Shown here one piece after another: positions 1 through 8,713 of a stretch of 64,000 nt of DNA. Position numbers and translations under genes: made by a program. This DNA is from a virus, in the IMG/VR virus record IMGVR_UViG_3300020576_004720, positions 7,706-71,705 of that record; one strand, given 5' to 3'. Position 1 is the stretch's first letter. Every line of letters starts with the position of its first letter. Below the pieces are notes generated by a model, which had not been told where the DNA came from, made no database searches, and saw only the letters and a program-made list of their open reading frames with translations.

Positions 1-194
1 TAAACTCACAAAAAACCTTACTCTAGAGGGGTTTCAAATTATTTATTTCTTTGTTAACTGTCTAATAACTACCATTAATACAGTCATAAAAATCATTAAT
101 AGTAAAAGAAAAATATTTACTATAAAAGATATTAATGAACTGGAATTAAGTAAGTTTATAAATAGTAATATATCAAGTATTACAAATAGGAGTA

Positions 195-548
195 TTATAA
201 CCATATATCTTTTCTTAAATGTGGATAATTATCAAAGTAATGATTCCAAGCTTTTTCTTCAGCTTTTTTGTAATCCTCAACGCCTGTTACCGTAAATACA
301 GGAAGAGAATGAGTCTTTTCTTTAAATCTGAATTGAGCTTGAAATTCATATACGTTCCAATTTTCTTCTATAAACTTCTGACATTTATGAAGATTAACTC
401 CCTTGTAAAAAGGATCAAGATCTGTATTTCTTACTTTGTTAGCAAGATCAGGTCTATGTTTTTCAAGAAACAACATATACTCTTTTCCAGGTCTTTGCTT
501 TTTATCTCTTGAGAGATTAAATTTTTCTTCGAATTGTTTGTAGGTCAT
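195..548 (-). CDS. hypothetical protein (117 aa)
   Basis: Intact ORF in the leftward block, co-directional with its neighbours. No recognisable motif. Confidence 0.5.
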   Translation of the reverse strand: MTYKQFEEKFNLSRDKKQRPGKEYMLFLEKHRPDLANKVRNTDLDPFYKGVNLHKCQKFIEENWNVYEFQAQFRFKEKTHSLPVFTVTGVEDYKKAEEKAWNHYFDNYPHLRKDIWL

Positions 549-560
549 AGTCTTGAGTTT

Positions 561-1175
561 TTAGTGTCGAAAGCTTGTTTTTAAATCAAATCCAGCGTTA
601 AGAATACGAGTTTTGTCATCTCCAATAGGTACAGATGGTTCATTCTGAGTAACTTTATTACCTAACCATTCAGATAACATAATCCATATATCCTTTGCAT
701 CTATATGTTTATTTACTCCTAATTCTTGTAAAGAAGGATAAATTGTGTCTATACATTTTTGGTTGTTATTATATAAGAATATAGGACACTCTTTACTTAG
801 CTCTTTAACTTTAGGATAAAGATTATGTATATCATTTGAAAGTTTGGTATAATATACTCTTGTATGATCCCATCTATAAGAATAAAACATATCAGGTTTC
901 AGAATATATTCGGGTTTTGGACCTTTCCAACTACCCCATTTTTTCTGTAATTCAGATTCATAATTAAATTTAGAAATCTCCTTATCAAAGTAGAATTTAC
1001 CTTCATAACAAACAAATTCAATTACTTTTCCACATATTACAAGAATATTTAAACCTTTGTATATGTTATTAAGTTTTGATGTTCCCTTAGTCCTATCTAA
1101 GATAAGTTTCTCATCAACTCCATAGATACCTTGAAGATAGTCATAGTAATCTTTATATTTACTTATAATTTTCAT
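561..1175 (-). CDS. hypothetical protein; start trimmed to the internal Met (MKIISKYKDYYDY...)
   Basis: The listed ORF 561..1226 runs into tRNA-Met (1191-1264). The first Met that does not overlap the tRNA is at 1173-1175. Confidence 0.5.
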   Translation of the reverse strand: MKIISKYKDYYDYLQGIYGVDEKLILDRTKGTSKLNNIYKGLNILVICGKVIEFVCYEGKFYFDKEISKFNYESELQKKWGSWKGPKPEYILKPDMFYSYRWDHTRVYYTKLSNDIHNLYPKVKELSKECPIFLYNNNQKCIDTIYPSLQELGVNKHIDAKDIWIMLSEWLGNKVTQNEPSVPIGDDKTRILNAGFDLKTSFRH

Positions 1176-1190
1176 AACAATATATTTTTG

Positions 1191-1264
1191 TAGACCCCAT
1201 CGGAATCGAACCGATATATCCAACATTATGAGTGTTGTTCTCTAACCAATTGAGATAGAGGTCT
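1191..1264 (-). tRNA. tRNA-Met (anticodon CAT)
   Basis: Cloverleaf read by hand. Acceptor AGACCTC/GGGGTCT with one G-U pair, D-stem TCTC/GAGA, anticodon stem CAACA/TGTTG with loop CTCATAA, T-arm ATCGG-TTCGATT-CCGAT, discriminator A. Confidence 0.8.
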
Positions 1265-1374
1265 TAAAGTCCAGCCTTTTTAAGGCATGTTATCAATCCA
1301 TTTAATAAGATAGTATACTACAACAGTACCTACTATATAAAAAATGAATCCTTTTAAGATTAGTTTTTTCATTT

Positions 1375-1779
1375 TTAATGATTTGAGTAAACGAATATGT
1401 ATCCAATTCCCTTATCTACTTGCATCATTCTTATGTCAATAGGAGAATCTCCATTTCCAAGATAAAGAGTCCAACTACCTTCATCATTTACAACAGCTTC
1501 CCTATTATATTTTTCAACAAGGGCATTTAAAGAACCTCTTGTTTTGGGCATAGCTACTATAACCTGAGAAACACCTCTTTCTACAAACACTGTAGAGTAA
1601 GATATATTATTTACAGTAAATGTAAGATAATAATCTCCTCTTTCATATGTTTCAGTATAGTAAATATGGTCTTGAGATAGTAGATACTTATATCTTGCAA
1701 AAGAAATACCTAAATATACCTGAGATTTTACTAACAGTATACTTGATATTAGTATGAGTGTTAATATGAGTTTTTTCAT
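1375..1779 (-). CDS. secreted hypothetical protein (N-terminal signal peptide MKKLILTLILISSILLVKSQ)
   Basis: ORF with a hydrophobic N-terminal signal-like segment. Confidence 0.5.
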   Translation of the reverse strand: MKKLILTLILISSILLVKSQVYLGISFARYKYLLSQDHIYYTETYERGDYYLTFTVNNISYSTVFVERGVSQVIVAMPKTRGSLNALVEKYNREAVVNDEGSWTLYLGNGDSPIDIRMMQVDKGIGYIFVYSNH

Positions 1780-2051
1780 ACTTTGAGTTTTTGTTTGTTT
1801 AGAAAATTGATTTTGTGTTTTATGTTATTGTTTATTGAGTGAATTAATCTATCTGCGTGCTCTTTTGATTGAGCTTCATAATAGTAAATCTTTGTTCCTT
1901 CAACAGAAATACCTCTTTTCCATTTAGTACTTGAAAAATAAGTACTGATTGTAATTACTTGAGATACAATCTTTTCTGGATTTTCAGGTTTAGATACTTT
2001 TTTGAGATGAAACATTTCCATATTCCATACATTTTTGGGTGAATTTAGCAC
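1776..2051 (-). CDS. hypothetical protein (91 aa)
   Basis: ORF overlaps the upstream gene by 4 nt (ATGA-type coupling). Confidence 0.35.
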   Translation of the reverse strand: MLNSPKNVWNMEMFHLKKVSKPENPEKIVSQVITISTYFSSTKWKRGISVEGTKIYYYEAQSKEHADRLIHSINNNIKHKINFLNKQKLKV

Positions 2052-2494
2052 CCTCTTGTCTTAACCATAACTGAGAAAGTTTCCAACCATAAGTTATGTT
2101 TAAGAGTAGGGTCGTGTAAAGTGATATACCCAAGGAATACTCCTCGTTCTGCTCATACATTGCTGAGAACTCGTTCGTGTTGTAAGGATTCATTGGGCAA
2201 CCTTCTCTTATGGTGAATATTCCTTTCTCAAGGGAACAACACGCCACATATTACGATGTGGATTTTAGAATTGTAACAGTTTACATCACAAGTATAAATA
2301 CTTGCTCCTCTAGGTACAATTTCAAGGATTGTGACAACCTCGTTGATAATAATATAAGGTGGTTAATCCTTACCACCTACAAAGGTTGGGATTTTAACCC
2401 CACCAAGGACTCGAACCTCTATTTAACGTAATTATATTAGTATCAACTACACTAACTTTATGTATTATAGTTAGTGATTTTCCTTTTTAGGAAA

Positions 2495-2866
2495 TTATTG
2501 AAGCATTTTTTCCAGTTCTTCAATGCTCTTTCCTGCAAGTTCTTCATTCTTTTTGTTCTGAATGAGTTCCAGGATCTTTTGGTTATGCTCTTTTGTAGCA
2601 ATTTTCTTCCTTTCTTCTTCTTTTTCTTCTTTTCTTGTCAGATAAACATCCTTCAAAATAGCAAACCTTAATTCATTTTCCTTGTCTGCAGTCTTTGTTG
2701 CATCTAAAAATTCCAAGTCAGAGTCATCTGTTTTCTTCAGAATGGTTCTTACTCTTCTGATAGAAGTTTCTAAATCCCTCATTGTCAAACCGAAAAGTTG
2801 TTCTGTAGACAATGATCCTTTGGGAGTTTCAAATCGCAGATTTTGTTGTAATGCTTCTTTGTACAT
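2495..2866 (-). CDS. coiled-coil hypothetical protein (123 aa, Lys/Glu-rich)
   Basis: ORF with a charged, heptad-like composition. Confidence 0.5.
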   Translation of the reverse strand: MYKEALQQNLRFETPKGSLSTEQLFGLTMRDLETSIRRVRTILKKTDDSDLEFLDATKTADKENELRFAILKDVYLTRKEEKEEERKKIATKEHNQKILELIQNKKNEELAGKSIEELEKMLQ

Positions 2867-2890
2867 ATGGTTTTTGTTTTTAAAAATAAG

Positions 2891-2969
2891 TTGAGATGGA
2901 TAGAATCGAACTACCGACCTTCAGCATGTCTAATAGGAGCTGACACTCTACCAACTGAGCTACATCTCA
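2891..2969 (-). tRNA. atypical tRNA-like gene (79 nt) with an expanded 13-nt anticodon region; identity unresolved
   Basis: Acceptor TGAGATG/CATCTCA, D-arm GCTC-AGTTGGTA-GAGT, T-arm GGTAG-TTCGATT-CTATC and discriminator A are canonical. The anticodon stem TCAGC/GCTGA encloses the 13 nt TCCTATTAGACAT instead of a 7-nt loop. Confidence 0.5.
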
Positions 2970-2981
2970 ACCTATTTTGAT

Positions 2982-5090
2982 TTAAAATTTGATTTTTACT
3001 GTCCTTTTAAACGAACCCTGTAATTTTACAATGAGTTCATCTCTTACTGTAGCATTGAATCCTAAACCTGACAATTGACCTTTTGTAGATTCAATTGTAT
3101 TAGTAGCTCCTAGTACTTCCAACACTTTACGATGTTGAGCTAATTCAGGAATAAGGTTCTCATTGTGGAAACTTCTTATTGAAATAGGAGATTCGCACCC
3201 TTCAATCATAAAGAAATAATGCTTGTTGCCCACATTATCTTGCCAATGATTTGGTGATAAACAAACTAAGTTCACTTTATGAAACTGATTTGTGTCAAGA
3301 CCATAAATTTCCTTACTGGAAGATGTTTCTGGTAATAGGTGCTCTACTTGGAATACCCCATCTTTAATCGTAACATTAGCAACTTTCACATTGCCAGATA
3401 CTCTACGATCATAAGAGTAGTTATATATCTCACCATTTACCTCTATTTCTGCTTTAAAACCTTGACTGTTTCTTGCAGAGAATTGATTTACCCAGAATTC
3501 ATACTTACCATCTTTCAGTAGATTTCTGTCCTTGAAATAGATATTCTCAACAGCTAATCCATGAGGATAAGTATTATCTAAGTCAAGTTGTCCCCCGTAT
3601 TTTGAAAATCTATTTCCGTGGTCTTTTCTGAATCCTGCAGAGTAACCAATACTTTCACCATTAGGTTGTTTACACCAAGCATCCAAATCACTGGTATCTT
3701 GTCCAGTTTCATTCCAAATCATGGAAAATCTCAAAAAGCCATCTATATTTCCACCTTTGGTCTTTACAGCTTCTTTTATCTCTGATTTTCCAGCAAGATT
3801 ACCATTGTATGTCCAAGAATAGTTATTAGACCATTTCATAATAGGTTTACTCTCTTTTACATTTGCTGTGGTAAGTGTAACCATATTACGTTCATGGTTA
3901 TTCTGAAGGAATACCTCTACAGATGTGCAGGAAGGTAGTATATCCTTCATGAATTTATCAATATTGATTTCCTCAATATCTTTAAACTCACTACGTTTAT
4001 GACGAGTGGATGTAGATTTTACACCATCGAACATTGACGTAGCTTTTATCTTACTTTCTGCAGCAATGTGAAGGATTTCAGATGCACGAATATCTGAAAT
4101 TGTAGCCATCCTACGATCAAATGATTCAACATAACCATTTTCCTCAACAAATTTACGAGCTTCCTCAATTTGTTTTTTGGTAATTGGAGCTGTAGCCTTC
4201 ATGTAGTTTACAGGATCTACACGAATATTCCAAGCTTTACATGCTTCATTAAGCTCTTTTCCTTCTGCAAGCTCAGTACACAATACACCAATAAGCTCAT
4301 TTTTGAATTTAGCTATTGGGAGTTTGTATGAAGTTACCCAGCACCAGTTCTCCCTTTTGTCTGCAGATAAAGCATCGTATTGAGCCTTATATGGAATAAA
4401 CTGTTCTACTTTGAACAGGTGAGTTCTTCCATCCAACAAAGAATCTTGGTTAATAAGGTCTTTTACAAGCATTAGTGTATCCATAGGAATCTCCTGCATA
4501 GCTCTTTGAAACACATTCTTAGCATCCCTGTAACTTCCCATCAGTTGTTCTACTGAAGCACCTGACATATCAACATATTCCTTAGGAAGGTCAAGAAATA
4601 AGTGCTCAAAGGTGACAATCTCGTCAGGTTTTACAACACCAAACTTCTCAGCTTCTTCTTTTGTATACCTTTTATGGTTCTTATCAATTCCTAGACGAAA
4701 TACTGAATTTGTCTTTTTACAAGACTCATAAGGGAGAGAATTAAGCTCATCAAAAGTTTCAAAGAAAACATTCTCAATAGATGAAGCTTTGATTTTTTGA
4801 GAAAGCTCTTTTGCTGTATTCTCATACTCTCCTTCAATAATTACGTCAAAAATAGACATAAGATTAAAATTCTCATCCAAAGCAACAATATTTCCATACC
4901 TTCGTATGAAATTGTTACAGAGATTACAGTTATGAACAGAGCTATCAGGATCTCTGAACTTTGGATCTTTTCCAAATGACTGTAAATAAGCATCCCATAC
5001 TTGGGAACCTGTCATTTTTACACGAAACAGCTTTCCAGTTTTGCACATTTTGTCAAACTGCTGCTGTACTTTTTGTTGAAATGATTTCAT
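2982..5090 (-). CDS. large hypothetical protein (702 aa)
   Basis: Long intact ORF. No confident motif assignment. Confidence 0.6.
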   Translation of the reverse strand: MKSFQQKVQQQFDKMCKTGKLFRVKMTGSQVWDAYLQSFGKDPKFRDPDSSVHNCNLCNNFIRRYGNIVALDENFNLMSIFDVIIEGEYENTAKELSQKIKASSIENVFFETFDELNSLPYESCKKTNSVFRLGIDKNHKRYTKEEAEKFGVVKPDEIVTFEHLFLDLPKEYVDMSGASVEQLMGSYRDAKNVFQRAMQEIPMDTLMLVKDLINQDSLLDGRTHLFKVEQFIPYKAQYDALSADKRENWCWVTSYKLPIAKFKNELIGVLCTELAEGKELNEACKAWNIRVDPVNYMKATAPITKKQIEEARKFVEENGYVESFDRRMATISDIRASEILHIAAESKIKATSMFDGVKSTSTRHKRSEFKDIEEINIDKFMKDILPSCTSVEVFLQNNHERNMVTLTTANVKESKPIMKWSNNYSWTYNGNLAGKSEIKEAVKTKGGNIDGFLRFSMIWNETGQDTSDLDAWCKQPNGESIGYSAGFRKDHGNRFSKYGGQLDLDNTYPHGLAVENIYFKDRNLLKDGKYEFWVNQFSARNSQGFKAEIEVNGEIYNYSYDRRVSGNVKVANVTIKDGVFQVEHLLPETSSSKEIYGLDTNQFHKVNLVCLSPNHWQDNVGNKHYFFMIEGCESPISIRSFHNENLIPELAQHRKVLEVLGATNTIESTKGQLSGLGFNATVRDELIVKLQGSFKRTVKIKF

Positions 5091-5110
5091 TTTTTCTTTT
5101 TTTGTGTTTT

Positions 5111-5245
5111 TTAAAGATTTTTATTTATCCACTGGTAAAGAAAGAATAGCGAGAGTATACCTGCAGATATTCGTGTTATTCTCTGTAGATTGAATACTAT
5201 AGAAGAAAGAAAAATTCCTAGTATTATGAATCCAAATATTGTCAT
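5111..5245 (-). CDS. small hydrophobic peptide (44 aa, MTIFGFIILGIFLSSIVFNL...)
   Basis: Unlisted short ORF. Its ATG overlaps the TGA stop of the upstream gene 5242..5547 (ATGA coupling). It has two hydrophobic segments. Confidence 0.3.
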   Translation of the reverse strand: MTIFGFIILGIFLSSIVFNLQRITRISAGILSLFFLYQWINKNL

Positions 5246-5547
5246 GGTTCCGTTTCTTTTATCGCTTGTTCAATAATAGCAATTCTCTTCTCCCAACCTT
5301 TATAAGTTGTTGGAAACCAGTATAAATAACGTGATCTAGGACGGTGTTTAGCTATCTCTGGAAGTAGACTATTCTTACCTTTTAAAGCATCAATACTCTT
5401 AAAGATACTTTTTCTCCAGAAAGGATTTCTACGAATTGCAACACATAAACCATATCTAACATCAGGATCATTACAAACCTGTTTAAGTAAGGATTTGTAG
5501 AATATGTGCCTGTCTTCTTTTTTTCTAAAATTAAGATTTTTTACCAT
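5242..5547 (-). CDS. hypothetical protein (101 aa, basic)
   Basis: ORF. Confidence 0.5.
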   Translation of the reverse strand: MVKNLNFRKKEDRHIFYKSLLKQVCNDPDVRYGLCVAIRRNPFWRKSIFKSIDALKGKNSLLPEIAKHRPRSRYLYWFPTTYKGWEKRIAIIEQAIKETEP

Positions 5548-5549
5548 GT

Positions 5550-6059
5550 TTAGGAGTTGATAGGTATGAGTAATGCTTTTTCAGTAAATACCTCTGCTAC
5601 TTTGTCAGATTGCTTATCAAACTCAAGCATAACCTTTACTACAGCTTCTAAGCCACGTATCTGGTCAGCACGAATTTCTCCAGCAGTGTAATTCTTATAC
5701 TCCTTATAATAAATTGAAGTATTTGTTTCAAAAGCATATTCGATCTTTTTCAACTCTTCTTCTGTAAATTCCGTAGCTTCAATATTCTCTATAATTTTTT
5801 CCCACATCTCAGGATCATCACGAATAAAACTTAAAAAAGGTGAAGGAGTTTGATAGTTTGCTGTAGTGGAAAACAAATGACCCCATATTTGATTTGTTTT
5901 ATTACAAATAAGGGTATTACCAAATTTACTAATTGTTCCACCCATACCTTTTGCTACAAGGTTACCTACGGCACAAGCTGTACAAGTACCTTTAACCAAT
6001 GTGCCATTGTTAACAGCGTCAAGGAATGTATCAATTGCTCTTTGAATACGACCAGTCAT
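5550..6059 (-). CDS. hypothetical protein (169 aa)
   Basis: ORF. Confidence 0.55.
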   Translation of the reverse strand: MTGRIQRAIDTFLDAVNNGTLVKGTCTACAVGNLVAKGMGGTISKFGNTLICNKTNQIWGHLFSTTANYQTPSPFLSFIRDDPEMWEKIIENIEATEFTEEELKKIEYAFETNTSIYYKEYKNYTAGEIRADQIRGLEAVVKVMLEFDKQSDKVAEVFTEKALLIPINS

Positions 6060-6080
6060 AACTTTTTGAATTTTAAGGGT

Positions 6081-6353
6081 TTATAATAAATAGTAATTTG
6101 GAAGTGCAGTTAAACTATCAACCATTTCGTAGAATTCAGAAATAGATATGAGTTGTTTACTAAGATCAATATGATCTCTATACCCACATATCTCTCCACC
6201 ATCAACATGTAGTCTTTTATAACCAGCTCTAAAAGAAGCTTTTGATGTACCAAAAAATACTGGCAATCCTTTAGCTTTAGCATAATTAACAGCTCTCTGA
6301 AACTCTTCCTCATCAGGAAATGGATCTGTACAGAAATTAGGTAGTTCTTTCAT
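6081..6353 (-). CDS. hypothetical protein (90 aa)
   Basis: ORF. Confidence 0.45.
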   Translation of the reverse strand: MKELPNFCTDPFPDEEEFQRAVNYAKAKGLPVFFGTSKASFRAGYKRLHVDGGEICGYRDHIDLSKQLISISEFYEMVDSLTALPNYYLL

Positions 6354-6685
6354 TTGAATTTGACTCTTTTAGGTTTTGGGGAATAGAATTTCTGTCTAAC
6401 TATATAATATGCCTTGGAATATCTCAAGATACTATAAGTTAAGCCATCTGAAGAAAGTACAGCATATGGAAAGACTAAAGAGTATGTCTCTTCAAGTATA
6501 TGAGCTTCTAAGACAGTTCTTTTATATAGATAGATAGGGGAACCTTTTTCTCCAGGAGCAACATTTTCGAGTTCTTTTTCTAGAAGTTCTAAACCAGAAG
6601 CTCTAATAGGATACCAAAGATTAAACTGAATAGTTGTAACTAACTCGCAGAGAAGAAATATAAAGACCACAATAGCAATGTACAT
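6350..6685 (-). CDS. membrane-anchored hypothetical protein (N-terminal transmembrane segment)
   Basis: ORF with hydrophobic N-terminus MYIAIVVFIFLLCELV. Confidence 0.45.
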   Translation of the reverse strand: MYIAIVVFIFLLCELVTTIQFNLWYPIRASGLELLEKELENVAPGEKGSPIYLYKRTVLEAHILEETYSLVFPYAVLSSDGLTYSILRYSKAYYIVRQKFYSPKPKRVKFK

Positions 6686-6846
6686 ATGTTTTGATTTAGT
6701 ATATAGTGCGGTTGAGCAATTTTGTGAATTGTGTTGATTTTCAATGAGTTATGTTTTTCTTGAGGGGAAAATGCACCCTCTTTTCATCCTTATTCAATAA
6801 AAATTTATCGAATATCAATAAAAAACTAACAGTAAAGCATAAAACA

Positions 6847-6859
6847 ATTGATTATCAAT
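6847..6859. promoter_or_regulatory. 13-bp palindrome ATTGATTATCAAT (copy 1), operator-like
   Basis: Exact palindrome (ATTGAT-T-ATCAAT), read directly. An identical copy lies 89 bp downstream. Confidence 0.45.
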
Positions 6860-6935
6860 GCATTATAAAATAGGATACTAACGGTTTTTATCCTATCCAA
6901 TTTGATTTTCCTAAGAGTCCAAATTCAATTAGTTG

Positions 6936-6948
6936 ATTGATTATCAAT
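6936..6948. promoter_or_regulatory. 13-bp palindrome ATTGATTATCAAT (copy 2)
   Basis: Identical to copy 1. A 7-bp-stem hairpin TAGGATA...TATCCTA (6872-6897) lies between the two copies. Confidence 0.45.
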
Positions 6949-7010
6949 ACTTTACGTTTTTTTACTTCGTATACATACCTAACAGGTTACCTATAGACGA
7001 AGTTTTAAAA

Positions 7011-7046
7011 AGAGGGACAGTGTAGAAACACATCCCTGTTTTTTCA
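7011..7046 (+). terminator. rho-independent terminator-like hairpin, plus-strand orientation
   Basis: AGGGACAGTGT-AGAA-ACACATCCCT followed by TTTTTT. Confidence 0.4.
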
Positions 7047-7071
7047 CATATAACCCCTAAAAATGGGGTAG

Positions 7072-7143
7072 TAGCCCCGATAGGACTCGAACCTATATTA
7101 AGAGTTTAGAAAACTCCCGTTCTATCCCTTGAACTACAAGGCC
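7072..7143 (-). tRNA. tRNA-Arg (anticodon TCT)
   Basis: Acceptor GGCCTTG/CGGGGCT with three G-U pairs, D-arm GTTC-AAGGGATA-GAAC, anticodon stem GGAGT/ACTCT with loop TTTCTAA, T-arm ATAGG-TTCGAGT-CCTAT. Confidence 0.6.
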
Positions 7144-7435
7144 AAATAATTATCAGCAAAGAAAACTCCTTTCTTTTGATTATTTTTTGAAGGTTGTATG
7201 AGACCAATTTCCCTGTAGATTTTACAGGGGAAGAAATTAATAAGCCACAACTTTCCATTGTTGTTTACTCTTAGAGAATATAGCAACTTTGGATACATTG
7301 TGCTCATCCTTGAACCGTATGTAGTTTCGATCTCCCTTTTTGAAGGAGTTCTCTACAAATACTTCTTTCTTTACCTCCCCATCAAAGACAGGGATTAATC
7401 CTTTGATTGCCAGCATGTTATAAGATTTAGAGGGT

Positions 7436-7475
7436 TTAATAAAAAGAGGAAGAGAGTCATTACAACTCTCTCCCC
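7436..7475 (-). terminator. rho-independent terminator downstream of gene 7500..8018
   Basis: Minus-strand hairpin GGGGAGAGAGT...ACTCTCTTCC followed by TTTTTATT. Confidence 0.55.
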
Positions 7476-7477
7476 TT

Positions 7478-7492
7478 ACAGCCTAGGAACTG
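7478..7492. promoter_or_regulatory. CCTAGG-core motif ACAGCCTAGGAACTG (copy 3; opposite orientation to copies 1 and 2)
   Basis: Quasi-palindromic 15-mer. The same motif occurs at 8588-8602 and 9919-9933. All three copies lie between co-directional minus-strand genes. Confidence 0.45.
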
Positions 7493-7499
7493 TTTTTAC

Positions 7500-8018
7500 T
7501 TATCCAGTAACCTTCCTGGAAGAAATGGCACCACCATACACGGTACGCCTTTGTTCCAACCTGCGTTGGTTGCGATAAGACGTGGATGCATTCTTGAAGG
7601 AATCATTTGGAAGTTTAAACCATACTTCCCTTGTCCTTGCAGCCACATCCAAAATGAGGTTTTCACCAGAGTAACCACCTGTTTTGTCTTCATCGAAGTA
7701 CATTTCAGGCTCAAGTTTCTCTGCCTCTTGCTCTTTTCCAGCAGCCACTAAAGCATCGTACTTTTCATTGTACTTATCTTCCAGGGACTTAATCGTAGAT
7801 GTATGGATTTTAACTTCCTGCACATCATGTTGGTCAACAGGAATCATTTTTCCATCCAATTCCACATCCTGTGAACCCCTTACATAAGGAATAGGATCAC
7901 TGAGTTTCAGGATGAGTGTGGCACCATCACCCTCACTGTCGGGGACTTTCACAAAGGAATCCCATGTAAGCTCCATCTTATCAAATTTACTGATGGCAGC
8001 TAAGATACTTTTACGCAT
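7500..8018 (-). CDS. hypothetical protein (172 aa, acidic)
   Basis: ORF. Confidence 0.55.
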   Translation of the reverse strand: MRKSILAAISKFDKMELTWDSFVKVPDSEGDGATLILKLSDPIPYVRGSQDVELDGKMIPVDQHDVQEVKIHTSTIKSLEDKYNEKYDALVAAGKEQEAEKLEPEMYFDEDKTGGYSGENLILDVAARTREVWFKLPNDSFKNASTSYRNQRRLEQRRTVYGGAISSRKVTG

Positions 8019-8091
8019 ACGCTAAAGTTTTAAATCGTTAAATAATTAAATAACTCGACACTATACACAGTTGGTTTGTGAAGGCATAAAA

Positions 8092-8133
8092 AAAATAAGG
8101 AAGCACACATATTGTGTGCCTCCCTATTAACTA
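8092..8133 (-). terminator. rho-independent terminator downstream of gene 8139..8570
   Basis: Minus-strand hairpin GGAGGCACACA-ATA-TGTGTGCTTCC followed by TTATTTTTTTT. Confidence 0.55.
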
Positions 8134-8138
8134 CAGGA

Positions 8139-8570
8139 CTAGTTAATCCTCCTCCACCTTTCTCTTCCCCTGTCCATCCTTGAGGTCTTTGCATAGTCAC
8201 TGAGCCTTGTCTTGGTGAGCCATACCTCACCTGAAGCTGAGATATCCAAGTAGCACTTACCTTTGTAAGTACCACCATCACGAATATCATCCTCATTGGT
8301 AAGATCAAACTCACTCTCTGGAATACTCTCCAACAGGTCTCCATTAACCCTTATCTCTGTAGTAAAGACTTGATCATACTTAGGAGTAGCCATCCTGTCA
8401 TCAGGATTGTAGATAGGAGAAATACCCCTCACTTCAAGTTCAGTTTCAAGAATGAACCTGTAGTTCTGAGTTTCATCACCCTTTTCATTAATGGATACTG
8501 GGTCCTTAATGACAGTTTTGAATACAAACTCAGCATTTGGCATCTCTTTGAGATTCTTAAGAGCTTTCAT
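8139..8570 (-). CDS. hypothetical protein (143 aa)
   Basis: ORF. Confidence 0.55.
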   Translation of the reverse strand: MKALKNLKEMPNAEFVFKTVIKDPVSINEKGDETQNYRFILETELEVRGISPIYNPDDRMATPKYDQVFTTEIRVNGDLLESIPESEFDLTNEDDIRDGGTYKGKCYLDISASGEVWLTKTRLSDYAKTSRMDRGRERWRRIN

Positions 8571-8587
8571 AATAATTCATGAGTCCA

Positions 8588-8602
8588 CAGTTCCTAGGCT
8601 GT
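8588..8602. promoter_or_regulatory. CCTAGG-core motif CAGTTCCTAGGCTGT (copy 1)
   Basis: Intergenic, 18 nt upstream of the start of gene 8139..8570. Confidence 0.45.
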
Positions 8603-8713
8603 TTTTTAGTTGGACCATTGTTTTCCATAGAACATTTGGTGGATATTGGTAATATGTTATGGTTCAGGATTTTCACCTACATCACCACAAGTATTGGTCT
8701 AGCCAACATATTA

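Noticed and set aside
219-512. Plus-strand ORF (97 aa) antisense to gene 195..548. Similar antisense ORFs occur at 3339..3521, 4797..4979, 4961..5149, 7551..7751, 8370..8901, 9540..9734, 12809..13060, 24647..24835, 25638..25862, 26872..27063, 28065..28328, 30097..30312, 30624..30836, 32851..33090, 35032..35226, 38267..38557, 47733..47927, 48232..48648, 57858..58193 and 58668..58963.
   Set aside because: They are embedded in, and antisense to or out of frame with, longer coherent genes. They have low-complexity Phe/Leu/Ile-rich translations, as expected from the AT-rich opposite strand.
2052-2470. tmRNA or intron-containing tRNA in the non-coding stretch.
   Set aside because: No tag-peptide reading frame with a resume codon, no CCA-proximal acceptor pairing and no pseudoknot pattern could be found.
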